Of a stretch of DNA of 64,000 bases, positions 10,164 to 21,043 are shown one piece after another. Position numbers and translations under genes: made by a program. Origin of the DNA: Candidatus Tenderia sp. (GTDB lineage Bacteria > Pseudomonadota > Gammaproteobacteria > Tenderiales > Tenderiaceae). Each line of letters begins with the position of its first letter. Position 1 is the first letter of the stretch. The notes under the pieces were generated by a model. That model worked only from the letters and a program-made list of their open reading frames with translations. It was not told where the DNA came from and searched no databases. Location: assembly GCA_031416075.1 (NCBI GenBank), contig JANOSY010000088.1:1-64000 (forward strand), given 5' to 3'.

Positions 10164-11351
10164 TCACTTGGCCGATTTTTTCGTGTAGGGGTCGATGGCG
10201 TCACGCATCGTCTCCCCAATCAAGTTATAGGCAAACACCGTCAGGAAGATTGCACCACCGGGAAAGACCGCCATCCACCAGTTAAAGGTCGCCGACTGCA
10301 CCGCCTGATTTAACATCTGTCCCCACGACGGATCATCCACCAGACCTAATCCCAGAAAGCTCAGCGTCGCCTCGGCCAGAATCGCCGAGGCGACACCAAA
10401 GCTGGTCGCTACCAGAATCGGTGCCATGCCGTTAGGCAGGATGTGGCGAAACAGGATCGAGCGCAGCGGCAGACCACAGGCAACCGCCGCCTGCACAAAC
10501 TCCTGTTGCCGCAACTTTAAAAACTCGGCACGCACAAAGCGGGCATAACCGGTCCAGCTGGTAATGCCGATGATGATCATCATCACGTAAAGATTGCGGC
10601 CAAAAAAAGCTACAAATGTGAGCAACAGAAATAGCACCGGTATCGCTTCAAAGATCTCCACCAATCGCATGCCGATCATATCCACCACGCCGGAGAAATA
10701 GCCCATCAACCCCCCAATGATCGTGCCCAGTACCATGGCGATGCCCGTGGCAACAAAACCTATACTCAATGCAATGCGTGAGGCGTGAATCATCCGGCTC
10801 AAGACATCGGCACCGTTCTCATCCGTACCAAACCAGTGGGTCTGCTCGGTGGCACTCAGGGGGGCCTTAAGGCCGGAGTCCCCTACATCGCGCAGGTAGT
10901 CTTTAGGCGAGTAGGGAATTGGCGCACGGATCAACCACTCATAACTGCCCGCACGCTCCTGCTCCCGGTACTGCTCATAGATATTGAGCTGAGGTGGCGA
11001 GACAAATGCGTAACAGACCGTGGCAACAGCGCTGCCCAGTAGCAGCGCCAACGCCATCTTTTTACGCACACTGATCTTCACCACGCTGAGCAACAGCACC
11101 ATAAAAAACAGTGCCAACAGTGTCACATCCGTGGCGCTCAAACTATGCAGTAACGGGCTGCGGATCTGCGACTGCTCACTCAATAGCAGCGGGTAGCTGC
11201 TAGCAAAAAATGGGGCAAAGACCGAGATAATTACTAACAGCCCGATCCAGGCGATGCCAATACGCGCTCCCCACTGCATCAATACTTCACGCACTACCTG
11301 GGCGGCGTAACTACGCTGCTGACGCGGAATGGCAGTCTCTATCTCACTCAT
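10164..11351 (-). CDS. Peptide ABC transporter permease (OppC/DppC type)
   Basis: HWFGTDENGADVLSRMIHASRIAL; EAA-like loop EFVQAAVACG..ILFRHILPN; SWG.ML. Confidence 0.9.
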   Translation of the reverse strand: MSEIETAIPRQQRSYAAQVVREVLMQWGARIGIAWIGLLVIISVFAPFFASSYPLLLSEQSQIRSPLLHSLSATDVTLLALFFMVLLLSVVKISVRKKMALALLLGSAVATVCYAFVSPPQLNIYEQYREQERAGSYEWLIRAPIPYSPKDYLRDVGDSGLKAPLSATEQTHWFGTDENGADVLSRMIHASRIALSIGFVATGIAMVLGTIIGGLMGYFSGVVDMIGMRLVEIFEAIPVLFLLLTFVAFFGRNLYVMMIIIGITSWTGYARFVRAEFLKLRQQEFVQAAVACGLPLRSILFRHILPNGMAPILVATSFGVASAILAEATLSFLGLGLVDDPSWGQMLNQAVQSATFNWWMAVFPGGAIFLTVFAYNLIGETMRDAIDPYTKKSAK

Positions 11352-12726
11352 AACTCACCCGTGGATCGGCAATGGCGTAACAGAGATCGGCCAACAGGTA
11401 ACCAGCCAACGACAGAAGCGCACCAATCAGTGTGATGGAGAGCACCAGCTCACGGTCACGGCTCTGCACCGCCTCCACCGCCAGCTTGCCCATACCATCG
11501 ATGCTGAACAGTACTTCCACAATAATGGAGCCACCCAACAGACTTGGCAACAACCCCGCTGATACCGTGATCAACGGCAACAGACTATTGCGAAAAACAT
11601 GACGCCACAATACCTGCTGCTCCGGCACCCCTTTTGCGCGGGCGGTGCGGGCGTAGTCAGACAACAGATTCTCCAGCACGGAGCTGCGTGTCAACTTGGC
11701 AAGAAAGGCAAAGCCACCATAGGAGAGACAGACCACTGGTAATATAAGATGCCAGAGACGATCAAACAGAAACCCAACCACAAACCCGTTCGACATAAAT
11801 ACAAACGCAATGCCAATACCGAGGCCCAACCCCACCAGCCCCATCATGCCGGTCCGCAGCGCGTGGTAGTCGCTATAGGCAATCAGGCCACAGATCGCCG
11901 CCAGCAGCGCTATCAATACAACCTGCGTCCACAACGCCGCCTCACCTGGCAGTGCCGCCGCCATGGCAAACCCCAATCCACCACCCAGCAGCGCCATCAG
12001 CCCCATACGTAACCGCTGGCCACCACGCAGACTCAGGCTGACCAGCCCCGCCACGGCAATCACCACCAAAACAAACAGCAACAGCAGATCAACAGCACTG
12101 TTCCAGTGGGGCAGAAACTGCATATCCAACGCCTCGCGCTGACTCAACCCCGCTGTGGGAAACCAGTGCCAATATTGGTCACTAGCAAAAAAGCCGATCA
12201 TCAACACCCCCGCCAACATGGTGGGCACCGACCACAACGCCAACATTGATATCCCGGAGCCTACATCAAACGCCTTGCCACGCTGGGTGGCTGCATGCAC
12301 ACCTATCACAATGGCCACTATGTATATAAGAGGGATAGAGAGCAGATTCAGTAACAGGGTAATGGGCAAGCGCTCTTCAATCAGATCCAGCACCGGACGA
12401 CCATAACGGAAGCTGGTGCCAAGATCAGAACCTTTGGTAAACGAGAACCCTTCAACATCATTCTCTTCATCAAAGGTAAAGCCAATGGGTGAAACATTGT
12501 TCAGCCAGCGCAGGTACTGCACCGGTGCCGGATCATTCAAACCATACAGGCGGTTGTAGTATTCCTCCATCGCCTTTTTTACTTGCGGCTCAAGGTTCTG
12601 CCCCTCCACCAGGCTCTGGGCGCTGATCCCCCCCGGCGCTGCCGCCATCACCGAAAAGACCACAAGGGTGATGCCGATCAGTGTCGGAAACATCAGCAAC
12701 AGACGGCGGATGATATAGGTATGCAT
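11344..12726 (-). CDS. Peptide ABC transporter permease (OppB/DppB type) with extra TM insert
   Basis: YIIRRLL, DLGTSFRY.RPV, DYARTARAKG, RHVFRNSLLP, DPRV. Confidence 0.9.
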   Translation of the reverse strand: MHTYIIRRLLLMFPTLIGITLVVFSVMAAAPGGISAQSLVEGQNLEPQVKKAMEEYYNRLYGLNDPAPVQYLRWLNNVSPIGFTFDEENDVEGFSFTKGSDLGTSFRYGRPVLDLIEERLPITLLLNLLSIPLIYIVAIVIGVHAATQRGKAFDVGSGISMLALWSVPTMLAGVLMIGFFASDQYWHWFPTAGLSQREALDMQFLPHWNSAVDLLLLFVLVVIAVAGLVSLSLRGGQRLRMGLMALLGGGLGFAMAAALPGEAALWTQVVLIALLAAICGLIAYSDYHALRTGMMGLVGLGLGIGIAFVFMSNGFVVGFLFDRLWHLILPVVCLSYGGFAFLAKLTRSSVLENLLSDYARTARAKGVPEQQVLWRHVFRNSLLPLITVSAGLLPSLLGGSIIVEVLFSIDGMGKLAVEAVQSRDRELVLSITLIGALLSLAGYLLADLCYAIADPRVSYE

Positions 12727-12740
12727 CGTTATTCAGCCGC

Positions 12741-14594
12741 TTATTGCTTGTACTTCTGCTGACCTTCCGGCACAAAGATCTCTACCGGTACAGCCCCCAT
12801 ATTCAACCCCAGCTTGGTAATCTGGAGGTTATGGATACGTTTATCGATAAAGACCAGCGACTGACGCCGCATCAAAAAGGTGTAGGGTTGATCCTCATAC
12901 ATAATCCGCTCTGCCTGCTGCCAGAGTGGCATACGTTTGGCTTCATCAACCGTGCCGCGGGCCTGATCGATCAACTGATCGAGTGCGCTGTTTTTATAGT
13001 GCACAAAGTTATCACCCCCCCCCTCGATCTGTTTGCTGTGAAAGATCTGATAGATATCAGTCTCAACACCGCTGGTCCAGCCAAGCGTAATCGCCTCAAA
13101 ATCACGCCTGTTAATCAGATCGAGCATCACCGACCACTCCGTTGGTTTTGGAACCAGCACAATCCCGGCGCGGGCGTACAGATCCTTCAGGAACAACACG
13201 ATGCGTTTGGTATCTTCGTTATCCTGAAAAAAGACCAGTTCAAACTCAAACGGTTTGCCTTGTGCATCCTCCAGCACCCCGTCTCTATTACGGTCAGCAA
13301 ACCCCGCATCCTTCAACAGCTGCCTGGCCTTTTCAAGATCAAATCCCCGCGCCACCAGTGCCACATCGTGCTGCTTACTACGCGGGCTAAACGGGCTGAC
13401 CGCTGCCTCGGCATAACCGAGCATAATCTCATCGTTAATGCGCTTTATGTCAGTCAGATAGGTCATCGCCTGTCGCACCCGTTTATCGGCAAAGCGGGTG
13501 GACTTGCCACTGCGCTGCTGATTCCAGCCAATGTAACTGTAACCTGCCGTAGGACTCATATACTCAAACTGCTGAGTGCGTGCGCTCAGCCCTTTATCTT
13601 CACGCAGGGTTTGATACTCACGCGGGCTGGCACCATAGGCATCGATCTCACCATTACGGAAGGTTGTCAGGCGCGCCGCATCATTCTGAATCACCTTCCA
13701 GAGCAGGCGATCAAAGGAAGGTTGTGGCCCCCAGTAACGGGGATTGCGCTGCAGCTCCACCAACCCCTGATCAGGGGTCCAGCCTTTAGGGTCCGCGAGA
13801 CGGTATGGTCCCGAACCCAGTAACAGCCCCTTGGACTGATTAAATTTTTCAGGTGTCTTTAAGTACGGCTCATAAAAGTGGCGAGGTAAAATGGAGATTC
13901 CACCCGCCATGGCAAGGCTGTCGTAATAGGGCTCTTTAAACTGGAATACCACCTCATACTGCCCCGTTGCAGTCACACTGGCGATTTTGTCGTACACCGC
14001 CCGCTCACGTGGTGCTGTAATCTCAGGGGTCTGAATAAAGGCAAAAGTGAAAGCAACATCATCGGCAGTCAGCGCCACGCCATCTGAAAACTTCACATCC
14101 TCACGTAGCTGAAAGGTAAAGGTCAGCCCATCCTCACTCACCTGCCATGATTTGGCAATCAACCCCAGCCACGCCAACGTTTCAGGGTCACGGGTCAGCA
14201 GTGACTCTAAAATATACGAGTGCACCTCACTTGCATAAGCATCAGTAGAGACCAACGGTGTAATGGTTTTAAGGCCGGTACCAAACGAGCTGACCAACCA
14301 GTCGCCCCGTTTATAACCAGGCAACTGCTCCGCCTGTCTGCCCCGTTCAAACGCCAGGGCTACACGTGAATCGCCCTGCGCCCCACCCACATCAGCCCGA
14401 ACACGCTGATCAGCTCCATTCAACAGACCACGCAGGGCGTGAATATCCTCCGCCTGCTCACGCAAGATGCTTTGTATACGCGCCATTTCTGCCCACTGCC
14501 GATCTACCATATACATGGAGAGCAACAGCGTCACAAACAGCAACCCAAGACAGACAAAGAGAGAAAAATCTTTAAACGTAAATCGTTTTTCCAT
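12741..14594 (-). CDS. Peptide ABC transporter substrate-binding protein (family 5), N-terminally membrane anchored
   Basis: LIAKSWQVSEDGLTFTFQLREDVKFSDG..LTADDV.FTF; GSGPY; FADKRVRQA. Confidence 0.9.
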   Translation of the reverse strand: MEKRFTFKDFSLFVCLGLLFVTLLLSMYMVDRQWAEMARIQSILREQAEDIHALRGLLNGADQRVRADVGGAQGDSRVALAFERGRQAEQLPGYKRGDWLVSSFGTGLKTITPLVSTDAYASEVHSYILESLLTRDPETLAWLGLIAKSWQVSEDGLTFTFQLREDVKFSDGVALTADDVAFTFAFIQTPEITAPRERAVYDKIASVTATGQYEVVFQFKEPYYDSLAMAGGISILPRHFYEPYLKTPEKFNQSKGLLLGSGPYRLADPKGWTPDQGLVELQRNPRYWGPQPSFDRLLWKVIQNDAARLTTFRNGEIDAYGASPREYQTLREDKGLSARTQQFEYMSPTAGYSYIGWNQQRSGKSTRFADKRVRQAMTYLTDIKRINDEIMLGYAEAAVSPFSPRSKQHDVALVARGFDLEKARQLLKDAGFADRNRDGVLEDAQGKPFEFELVFFQDNEDTKRIVLFLKDLYARAGIVLVPKPTEWSVMLDLINRRDFEAITLGWTSGVETDIYQIFHSKQIEGGGDNFVHYKNSALDQLIDQARGTVDEAKRMPLWQQAERIMYEDQPYTFLMRRQSLVFIDKRIHNLQITKLGLNMGAVPVEIFVPEGQQKYKQ

Positions 14595-14831
14595 GAGGCT
14601 CTCTAATATTTAGCAGCGCTATCAACAATCCATTGGATGGCAAGCATCGGGCAGATGCCAACCTGACTCTTCGTCAGGATAGCGGGCTTACCACACAGGA
14701 ACAAGAGCATACGCCAGCTAGCCCCTTCCCCTAAAGATTAATTTTCGGTAAGTTATGGCAACAGAGTGGACGTGCCAGATTTAGAATGCCTCCATACGAG
14801 GTTTATCGTCTCCATCAATTCAAGGTGAGCC

Positions 14832-15617
14832 ATGGGATTTCTAAACGGAAAAAAAGCACTCATTGTCGGCTTGGCCAGCCACCGATCCATCGCCTGGGGC
14901 ATCGCCCAGGCAATGCACCGCGAAGGTGCCGAGCTGGCCTTTACCTATCAGAATGAAAAGCTGCAATCCCACGTTGAAAAGATGGCCGCTGAACTCGACT
15001 CAGACATCGCCATTCCCTGCGATATTGGCCACGACAGTGATATCGAAAAGGCTTATGAACACCTGGATGATTATTGGGATCACCTCGACATCATCGTCCA
15101 CTCAGTTGCCTACGCCCCACACGAAGCACTTGAAGGGGACTATCTTGACACCGTCACCCGTGATGCCTTCAACACCGCACATGAAATCAGCTCTTACAGT
15201 TTTGCAGCATTGGCAAAAGCGGGACGCAATATGATGGAGGGGCGCAACGGGGCGTTGATCACAATCAGCCACCTCGGTGCCGAACGCACACTGCCCAGCT
15301 ATAACGTCATGGGACTAGCCAAGGCCAGCCTGGAAGCCAACGTCCGCTATATGGCCGCCAGCCTTGGCCCGGATGGCATTCGTGTCAACAGCATCTCCGC
15401 TGGGCCTGTCAAAGCCCTGACCGCCACTGGCATCAGTAATTTTCGCCACATCCTCAACCACGTCGAAAAAAACGCGCCGCTACGGCGTAACATCACTATC
15501 GAAGAGGTTGGCAATACCGCCGCCTTTTTATGCTCTGATCTGGCTTCGGGCATTACCGGAGAGAACATCTATGTAGATGGTGGTTACAACACCATAGGCA
15601 TGGGCCTGAACGAATAG
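14832..15617 (+). CDS. fabI: Enoyl-ACP reductase FabI
   Basis: [42 protein letters not shown]. Confidence 0.9.
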   Translation: MGFLNGKKALIVGLASHRSIAWGIAQAMHREGAELAFTYQNEKLQSHVEKMAAELDSDIAIPCDIGHDSDIEKAYEHLDDYWDHLDIIVHSVAYAPHEALEGDYLDTVTRDAFNTAHEISSYSFAALAKAGRNMMEGRNGALITISHLGAERTLPSYNVMGLAKASLEANVRYMAASLGPDGIRVNSISAGPVKALTATGISNFRHILNHVEKNAPLRRNITIEEVGNTAAFLCSDLASGITGENIYVDGGYNTIGMGLNE

Positions 15618-15642
15618 ACTCTCGTCTGCTACTTATGTAAAT

Positions 15643-15680
15643 AAAAAAGGGGCGGGCCATCACTGGCCCGCCCCTTTTTT
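15643..15680. terminator. Bidirectional intrinsic terminator between fabI and ppiD
   Basis: AAAAAAGGGGCGGGCCA-TCAC-TGGCCCGCCCCTTTTTT perfect inverted repeat. Confidence 0.9.
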
Positions 15681-15738
15681 ACCTGTGCCTTACACAATCA
15701 ACCATGCCAGCCGCTTTATTCCGACATGGCCAGATTGG

Positions 15739-17637
15739 TTAAAGGTTCTCTGGGTACTCTCTAATCTCAGCAACACTACGCAATCCCTTCACCACCCCTT
15801 CCAAGTGGCTAAAGCCATAGTAACGTTCACGATTCACGGCCACACTCTTGGCCTGTTCATCATTCACATCAACCGCCCCATCATTCACAGCAAAAAGCGC
15901 CACTACCGCATAGTCACCAGACGGCAATACAACGCCACCGAAACTACGACTCTCTTGTGCAGGTGCTTTCATACGGAACACCTTAGTAATCACATCATGA
16001 TCAGCAGCTGTTGAAGAGCGCTTTACCAAACCAAGATACTGCCAGTCCAAACCCTTCTGTTTAGCCAACGTTTCAACATCAGAATCAGCCTTCAGCAACT
16101 GCAGCAGAGCCTGCCCCTCTTCCTTCGCCTTGGCTTCGGCGCGCTGGCCTTTCAACTGCGCCACCACCTCACTCTGCACCTCCTCAAAAGGCCTCACAGT
16201 GGATTCCAAATGTTCCTTAACACGCAATACAATCAGGTGGCCACTACTAATCTCCTTAACTTCACTGTTGTTTCCCTGAAACAACACCTCATCAGAAAAA
16301 GCAGTTTTACGAATATCAGGATTACTAGCCAACCCCATCCCCTGATCACGCACAAACAGTGGTGTCACATTAATTTTCAATCCCAACTGTTGGGCGGCTG
16401 GCTCCAGCGAATCCGGATTTTCAAACGTTATGTTCGCCAACATCTCACGTTGCTCAAAGAAGATCGCTTCAGCCTGCTTATGACGGTAATCCTGCACTAA
16501 CTGAGTTCTCATCTCAGCAAAAGAGCGGACCTGACCACGCTTGATCTCGCTAAGCTTAATAATATGGTATCCGTATGCGCTCTTTACAGGCTTGCTAACC
16601 TCACCTTGTTTAAGTGCAAACGCCGCATCAGCAAAAGCTGGGTCTAACATGGCATCACGACTTAAAAACCCCAGATCCCCACCATCTTTGGCAGAACCGG
16701 TATCGGCAGAATCCTTACGTGCCAGCTCCTCAAATGAAGCACCACCCGCAAGCTGCTCAAACAGTGCATCGGCCTTCGCCTTGGCAACATCCCCATCGGC
16801 AGAAGATTCAATCAAAATATGGCTAACATGACGCTCCTCAGCCGTACCAAAATCACCTTGATGCTCCTGATACATCTCCTGCAGAGCAGCCTCATCAACC
16901 TGCACCTTCTCCATCAATGCGTCCAGCGACAGCTCCAGATACTGAATACTCACCTGCTCAGTGGTTGCATAACGCTGCTTATCGCCCTCATAGTGGCTAC
17001 GCGCATCCGCGTCAGCGACCTCAATGCCAGCTACAAAAGCCTGTGCAGAAATCTTCACCACCCCTACATCACGCTGCTGTTCAAGTTTCTGAAAAATGGC
17101 CTGCCGCTCCTTCCCAGTCACCCAGGCTGTACCCGCAATCCCCATGCGATATTGCTGAACAATCACATCACGACGCAACATTGCCTCAAAATCTGCTGCG
17201 CTCATTCTATTTTGCTGTAGCCACTGCTGATAAAGTGCCGCATCAAACTGGCCATTGGTATGAAACGCTTCAATAGCACGAATCTGCTGCGCCAACTGGA
17301 CATTACTGACAGAAAAACCATCCTTCTTGGCAATCTGCAAAACCAGCTCCTCCTCTTCCATCCCCTTCAGGATATTAGATTTGAATTGAGACTCATCAGG
17401 AATAACCTTGCTAATATCGGTGCCCCCCAACATCGATTGCAGCCGCGCGCGCTGCCGCTGATACTCCATCTGAAATTGGTTCGCCGTGATTTTTTCACCA
17501 TTCACATTGGCGACTGCAACCTCTACATCAGGCCTGAAATATGAATCCCAAGCAAACGAAGCAAGGCCCAGGATCAACATTCCGATGATGACCATCACGA
17601 TCCAGCCTTGCGCTCTGTCCCTAATCAACTGCAGCAT
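15739..17637 (-). CDS. ppiD: Periplasmic folding chaperone / PPIase PpiD
   Basis: N-terminal TM, SurA-N region, parvulin motifs HILI...F.ELA...S.D.GS..GGDLG and YGYHII; downstream of hupB. Confidence 0.9.
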   Translation of the reverse strand: MLQLIRDRAQGWIVMVIIGMLILGLASFAWDSYFRPDVEVAVANVNGEKITANQFQMEYQRQRARLQSMLGGTDISKVIPDESQFKSNILKGMEEEELVLQIAKKDGFSVSNVQLAQQIRAIEAFHTNGQFDAALYQQWLQQNRMSAADFEAMLRRDVIVQQYRMGIAGTAWVTGKERQAIFQKLEQQRDVGVVKISAQAFVAGIEVADADARSHYEGDKQRYATTEQVSIQYLELSLDALMEKVQVDEAALQEMYQEHQGDFGTAEERHVSHILIESSADGDVAKAKADALFEQLAGGASFEELARKDSADTGSAKDGGDLGFLSRDAMLDPAFADAAFALKQGEVSKPVKSAYGYHIIKLSEIKRGQVRSFAEMRTQLVQDYRHKQAEAIFFEQREMLANITFENPDSLEPAAQQLGLKINVTPLFVRDQGMGLASNPDIRKTAFSDEVLFQGNNSEVKEISSGHLIVLRVKEHLESTVRPFEEVQSEVVAQLKGQRAEAKAKEEGQALLQLLKADSDVETLAKQKGLDWQYLGLVKRSSTAADHDVITKVFRMKAPAQESRSFGGVVLPSGDYAVVALFAVNDGAVDVNDEQAKSVAVNRERYYGFSHLEGVVKGLRSVAEIREYPENL

Positions 17638-17688
17638 GGTTTAACTTTTCCGTTGAAATTATCGTGCGTGTGATTTTAGCCCATAAAC

Positions 17689-17722
17689 AAAAAAGGCGCA
17701 GGCTGTATTAGCGCTGCGCCTC
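17689..17722 (-). terminator. Probable terminator after tRNA-Asp
   Basis: AGGCGCAG...CTGCGCCT stem with a U-tract on the minus strand. Confidence 0.6.
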
Positions 17723-17733
17723 TCATATTTTGT

Positions 17734-17810
17734 TGGCGGAGTGGACGGGACTCGAACCCGCGACCCCCGGCGTGACAGGCCGGTATTCTAACCAACTGAA
17801 CTACCACTCC
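17734..17810 (-). tRNA. tRNA-Asp(GTC)
   Basis: GGAGTGG acceptor, CTGTCAC anticodon loop, GGTTCGAGTCC T-arm, CCA end. Confidence 0.95.
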
Positions 17811-17827
17811 AAACATCTAACTAAAAA

Positions 17828-17903
17828 TGGTGGGTGCTGACGGGATCGAACCGCCGACATTCGCCTTGTAAGGGCGACGCTCTCCCAGCTGAGCTAAGCA
17901 CCC
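17828..17903 (-). tRNA. tRNA-Val(TAC)
   Basis: GGGTGCT acceptor, CTTACAA loop, GGTTCGATCCC, CCA. Confidence 0.95.
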
Positions 17904-17914
17904 TGAAAGCGCGG

Positions 17915-18187
17915 CTAGTTTACGGCATCCTTGAGGGCTTTACCAGCCTTAAATGCAGGAACTTTTGCTGCCGCAATACTAATCGTTGCACCTGTCTGAG
18001 GATTACGGCCATTACGTGCAGCACGCTCACGCACAGTGAATGTACCAAAACCAACCAAGGCAACATCATTCTGCTGTTTAAGTGCTTCTGTGATAGAAGA
18101 AACCACTGCGTCCACGGCACGGCCTGCATCTGCTTTAGTCATGTCAGCACGCTCTGCAACAGCTTCAATCAACTCTGCTTTATTCAC
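17915..18187 (-). CDS. hupB: DNA-binding protein HU
   Basis: [11 protein letters not shown]...[20 protein letters not shown]...[13 protein letters not shown]; directly downstream of lon. Confidence 0.95.
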   Translation of the reverse strand: MNKAELIEAVAERADMTKADAGRAVDAVVSSITEALKQQNDVALVGFGTFTVRERAARNGRNPQTGATISIAAAKVPAFKAGKALKDAVN

Positions 18188-18389
18188 TCGAAAACTCCTC
18201 TAATTCTTCTATCCAATTGTCTGCTTGGTTCATAGCAAGCATAACTTCAAATAAACAATAACCCTAACGGTAACCACCGCACACCTACCAGACGCACCCG
18301 CGAACTTCTTACCGAAGAAAGAGCTGCAGCGATACAACTTATTATTATGTGCCAGCCATTATTTTACGGCCATCTAAGACAGGGCAAAA

Positions 18390-18418
18390 TTTATACATTT
18401 CCCCCTCCTTAATGTCAA
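18390..18418 (-). promoter_or_regulatory. Sigma70 promoter of hupB-tRNA unit
   Basis: TTGACA-17 bp-TATAAA on the minus strand. Confidence 0.75.
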
Positions 18419-18430
18419 GAAAAACCACGC

Positions 18431-20878
18431 CTAATGGTGCGGTACCCGCTCCGATTTAACCCGCTTTTTCTTTGTCGTAACAAGCTTATCCTCGTCAACA
18501 TCAGCCACAACGCTAACATCAGGCATATGCTGTAACGCCACTTGCAACACCTCATCAAACCATCTAACCGGCTTAATTTCCAACTGATCCTTAATATTTT
18601 TGGGTATCTCCTCAAGGTCGCGTTCATTCTCTTTTGGTATCAACACAACCTTAATTCCACCACGATGCGCAGCCAACAGCTTCTCCTTCAAGCCGCCAAT
18701 CGGTAAAACCTCACCACGCAGTGTGATCTCACCCGTCATCGCTACATCCGCCCGCACCGGGATCCTCGTCAATGCCGAAACCAGCGCCGTACACATCCCA
18801 ATACCAGCACTCGGCCCATCCTTGGGTATACCACCTTCAGGAACGTGTATATGAAGGTCCTGCTTCTGGTAAAAATCGATCTCGATACCCAATGACTGGG
18901 CACGGCTCCGCACAACAGTCATGGCCGCTTGCACCGACTCCTGCATAACGTCACCCAACTGTCCCGTGATGGTTAGCTTACCTTTACCCGGCACCGGTAC
19001 TGCCTCGATAGTTAACAACTCACCACCTACCTCAGTCCAGGCCAAGCCCGTCACCTGACCAATCTGGTCGCTCTCTTCAGCCTTACCATAACGGAACCTC
19101 TTCACACCTAGATATTTATCCAGATTAGCGGGAGTCACCTTAATACAAGCAGCTTTAGTTTTACCACCTTTGTTTAACAGCAGGGCCTTTACTACCTTGC
19201 GGCAGATTTTGGAAATTTCACGCTCCAGACTGCGAACCCCCGCCTCACGACTGTAGTAACGCACAATATCGCGAACCGCCGCTTCAGAAATATCGATTTC
19301 TCCCGGCTTAAGACCATTTGCATCAATTTGTTTTGGCATTAAATATCGCAATGCAATATTAATCTTTTCGGCTTCGGTATAACCAGAAAGCCTGATTACT
19401 TCCATCCGGTCCAATAACGGCCCAGGAATATTTAAACTATTTGCAGTAGCCACGAACATGACATCGGACAGATCATAATCAACCTCAAGATAGTGATCAT
19501 TAAAGGTGTGATTCTGCTCTGGATCTAACACTTCCAACATCGCAGACGAGGGATCCCCGCGAAAATCCATCGCCATTTTGTCCACTTCATCCAACAGAAA
19601 AAGCGGGTTACGCACCCCCACCTTCGCCATATTTTGGACTATCTTACCTGGCATAGAGCCAATATAAGTCCGACGATGCCCGCGAATCTCTGCTTCGTCA
19701 CGCACACCACCCAGCGCCATCCGGACAAACTGCCGCCCTGTGGCACGAGCAATAGAACGCCCTAATGATGTTTTACCTACACCAGGCGGCCCAACCAGGC
19801 AGAGCACCGGCCCTTTTAATTTGCTGACACGCTGCTGAACCGCGAGGTACTCGAGAATACGCTCTTTAACTTTTTCCAGACCGTAATGATCCTCTTCCAG
19901 AATTGCCTCCGCATTGGCCAAATCACCACGGATTTTGCTGCGTTTCTTCCACGGAACACTCACCATCCAGTCAATATAATTACGCACCACTGTCGCTTCA
20001 GCAGACATTGGTGACATCATTTTTAGCTTATTCAACTCGGCCTTGGCTTTAGTCTTGGCCTCTTTTGACATGCCTGCTTTTTCGATCTTGGCGGAATATT
20101 CCTCAATCTCATTTGGAACATCATCCATATCGCCAAGCTCTTTCTGAATAGCCTTCATCTGCTCATTCAGATAGTACTCGCGCTGGCTCTTCTCCATTTG
20201 CCGTTTAACACGGCCACGAATCCGTTTTTCAACTTGCAGTAAATCGATCTCCGATTCAAGTAGCCCCATCATCTTTTCGATACGTTCACGAACACTCACC
20301 TGCTCTAATACACTCTGCTTCTCATCAATTTTGAGCGTCATATGTGCAGCAATGGTATCCACCAAGCGGCCACCATCTTCAATACCAGAGAGGGATGAAA
20401 GTATTTCGGGGGGGATTTTATTGTTTAATTTAACGTATTGATCAAACTGATTCAGCAGTGAACGAACCAAAACCTCAGACTCACGCTCATCGAGCATCTC
20501 ACACGCCAGGCTTTCGACATGCGCGGTAAAATAGCCATCCTGGTCCACGTAGTCACGGATGGTGGCGCGGCCAAGTCCTTCCACCAACACTTTAATCGTG
20601 CCGTCAGGCAGTTTAAGCAGCTGCAAAATAGTCGCCAGCGTACCTATGGAGTAGATATCGTCGGGCTGTGGATCGTCCTGAGAGGCGCTACGCTGAGCGA
20701 CCAATAAAATCTGTTTCTCACCCTCCATAGCCGCTTCAAGCGCCTTAATGGACTTTTCACGACCAACAAACAAGGGAATCACCATATGCGGATAAACCAC
20801 TACATCACGCAATGGCAACACAGGCATCATTTTGCTGATACTTATTGAAGAACTACTGTCCTGGTCACTCTTTTCCAT
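18431..20878 (-). CDS. lon: Lon protease
   Basis: [21 protein letters not shown], catalytic PKDGPSAG and GGLKEK. Confidence 0.97.
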   Translation of the reverse strand: MEKSDQDSSSSISISKMMPVLPLRDVVVYPHMVIPLFVGREKSIKALEAAMEGEKQILLVAQRSASQDDPQPDDIYSIGTLATILQLLKLPDGTIKVLVEGLGRATIRDYVDQDGYFTAHVESLACEMLDERESEVLVRSLLNQFDQYVKLNNKIPPEILSSLSGIEDGGRLVDTIAAHMTLKIDEKQSVLEQVSVRERIEKMMGLLESEIDLLQVEKRIRGRVKRQMEKSQREYYLNEQMKAIQKELGDMDDVPNEIEEYSAKIEKAGMSKEAKTKAKAELNKLKMMSPMSAEATVVRNYIDWMVSVPWKKRSKIRGDLANAEAILEEDHYGLEKVKERILEYLAVQQRVSKLKGPVLCLVGPPGVGKTSLGRSIARATGRQFVRMALGGVRDEAEIRGHRRTYIGSMPGKIVQNMAKVGVRNPLFLLDEVDKMAMDFRGDPSSAMLEVLDPEQNHTFNDHYLEVDYDLSDVMFVATANSLNIPGPLLDRMEVIRLSGYTEAEKINIALRYLMPKQIDANGLKPGEIDISEAAVRDIVRYYSREAGVRSLEREISKICRKVVKALLLNKGGKTKAACIKVTPANLDKYLGVKRFRYGKAEESDQIGQVTGLAWTEVGGELLTIEAVPVPGKGKLTITGQLGDVMQESVQAAMTVVRSRAQSLGIEIDFYQKQDLHIHVPEGGIPKDGPSAGIGMCTALVSALTRIPVRADVAMTGEITLRGEVLPIGGLKEKLLAAHRGGIKVVLIPKENERDLEEIPKNIKDQLEIKPVRWFDEVLQVALQHMPDVSVVADVDEDKLVTTKKKRVKSERVPHH

Positions 20879-21043
20879 ACCAAAACCTCTTTATTACAAC
20901 GCACCCCACCACAAAACACAGATGCATCAATGGAAAATGTACATTCAAAACCGGACGAGACAAAACAGAGACCGGCCCACCCTTCGCGTCATAAAGGGTA
21001 AATTGGGCCTTTAATGATAAATATCAAGTTCGTTTACAAAAAA

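Noticed and set aside
7686-13823. Long plus-strand ORFs opposite the ABC transporter genes (similar ones lie opposite aroC, guaA and the DUF11 operon)
   Set aside because: Antisense shadows of well-supported genes, with no recognisable motifs.
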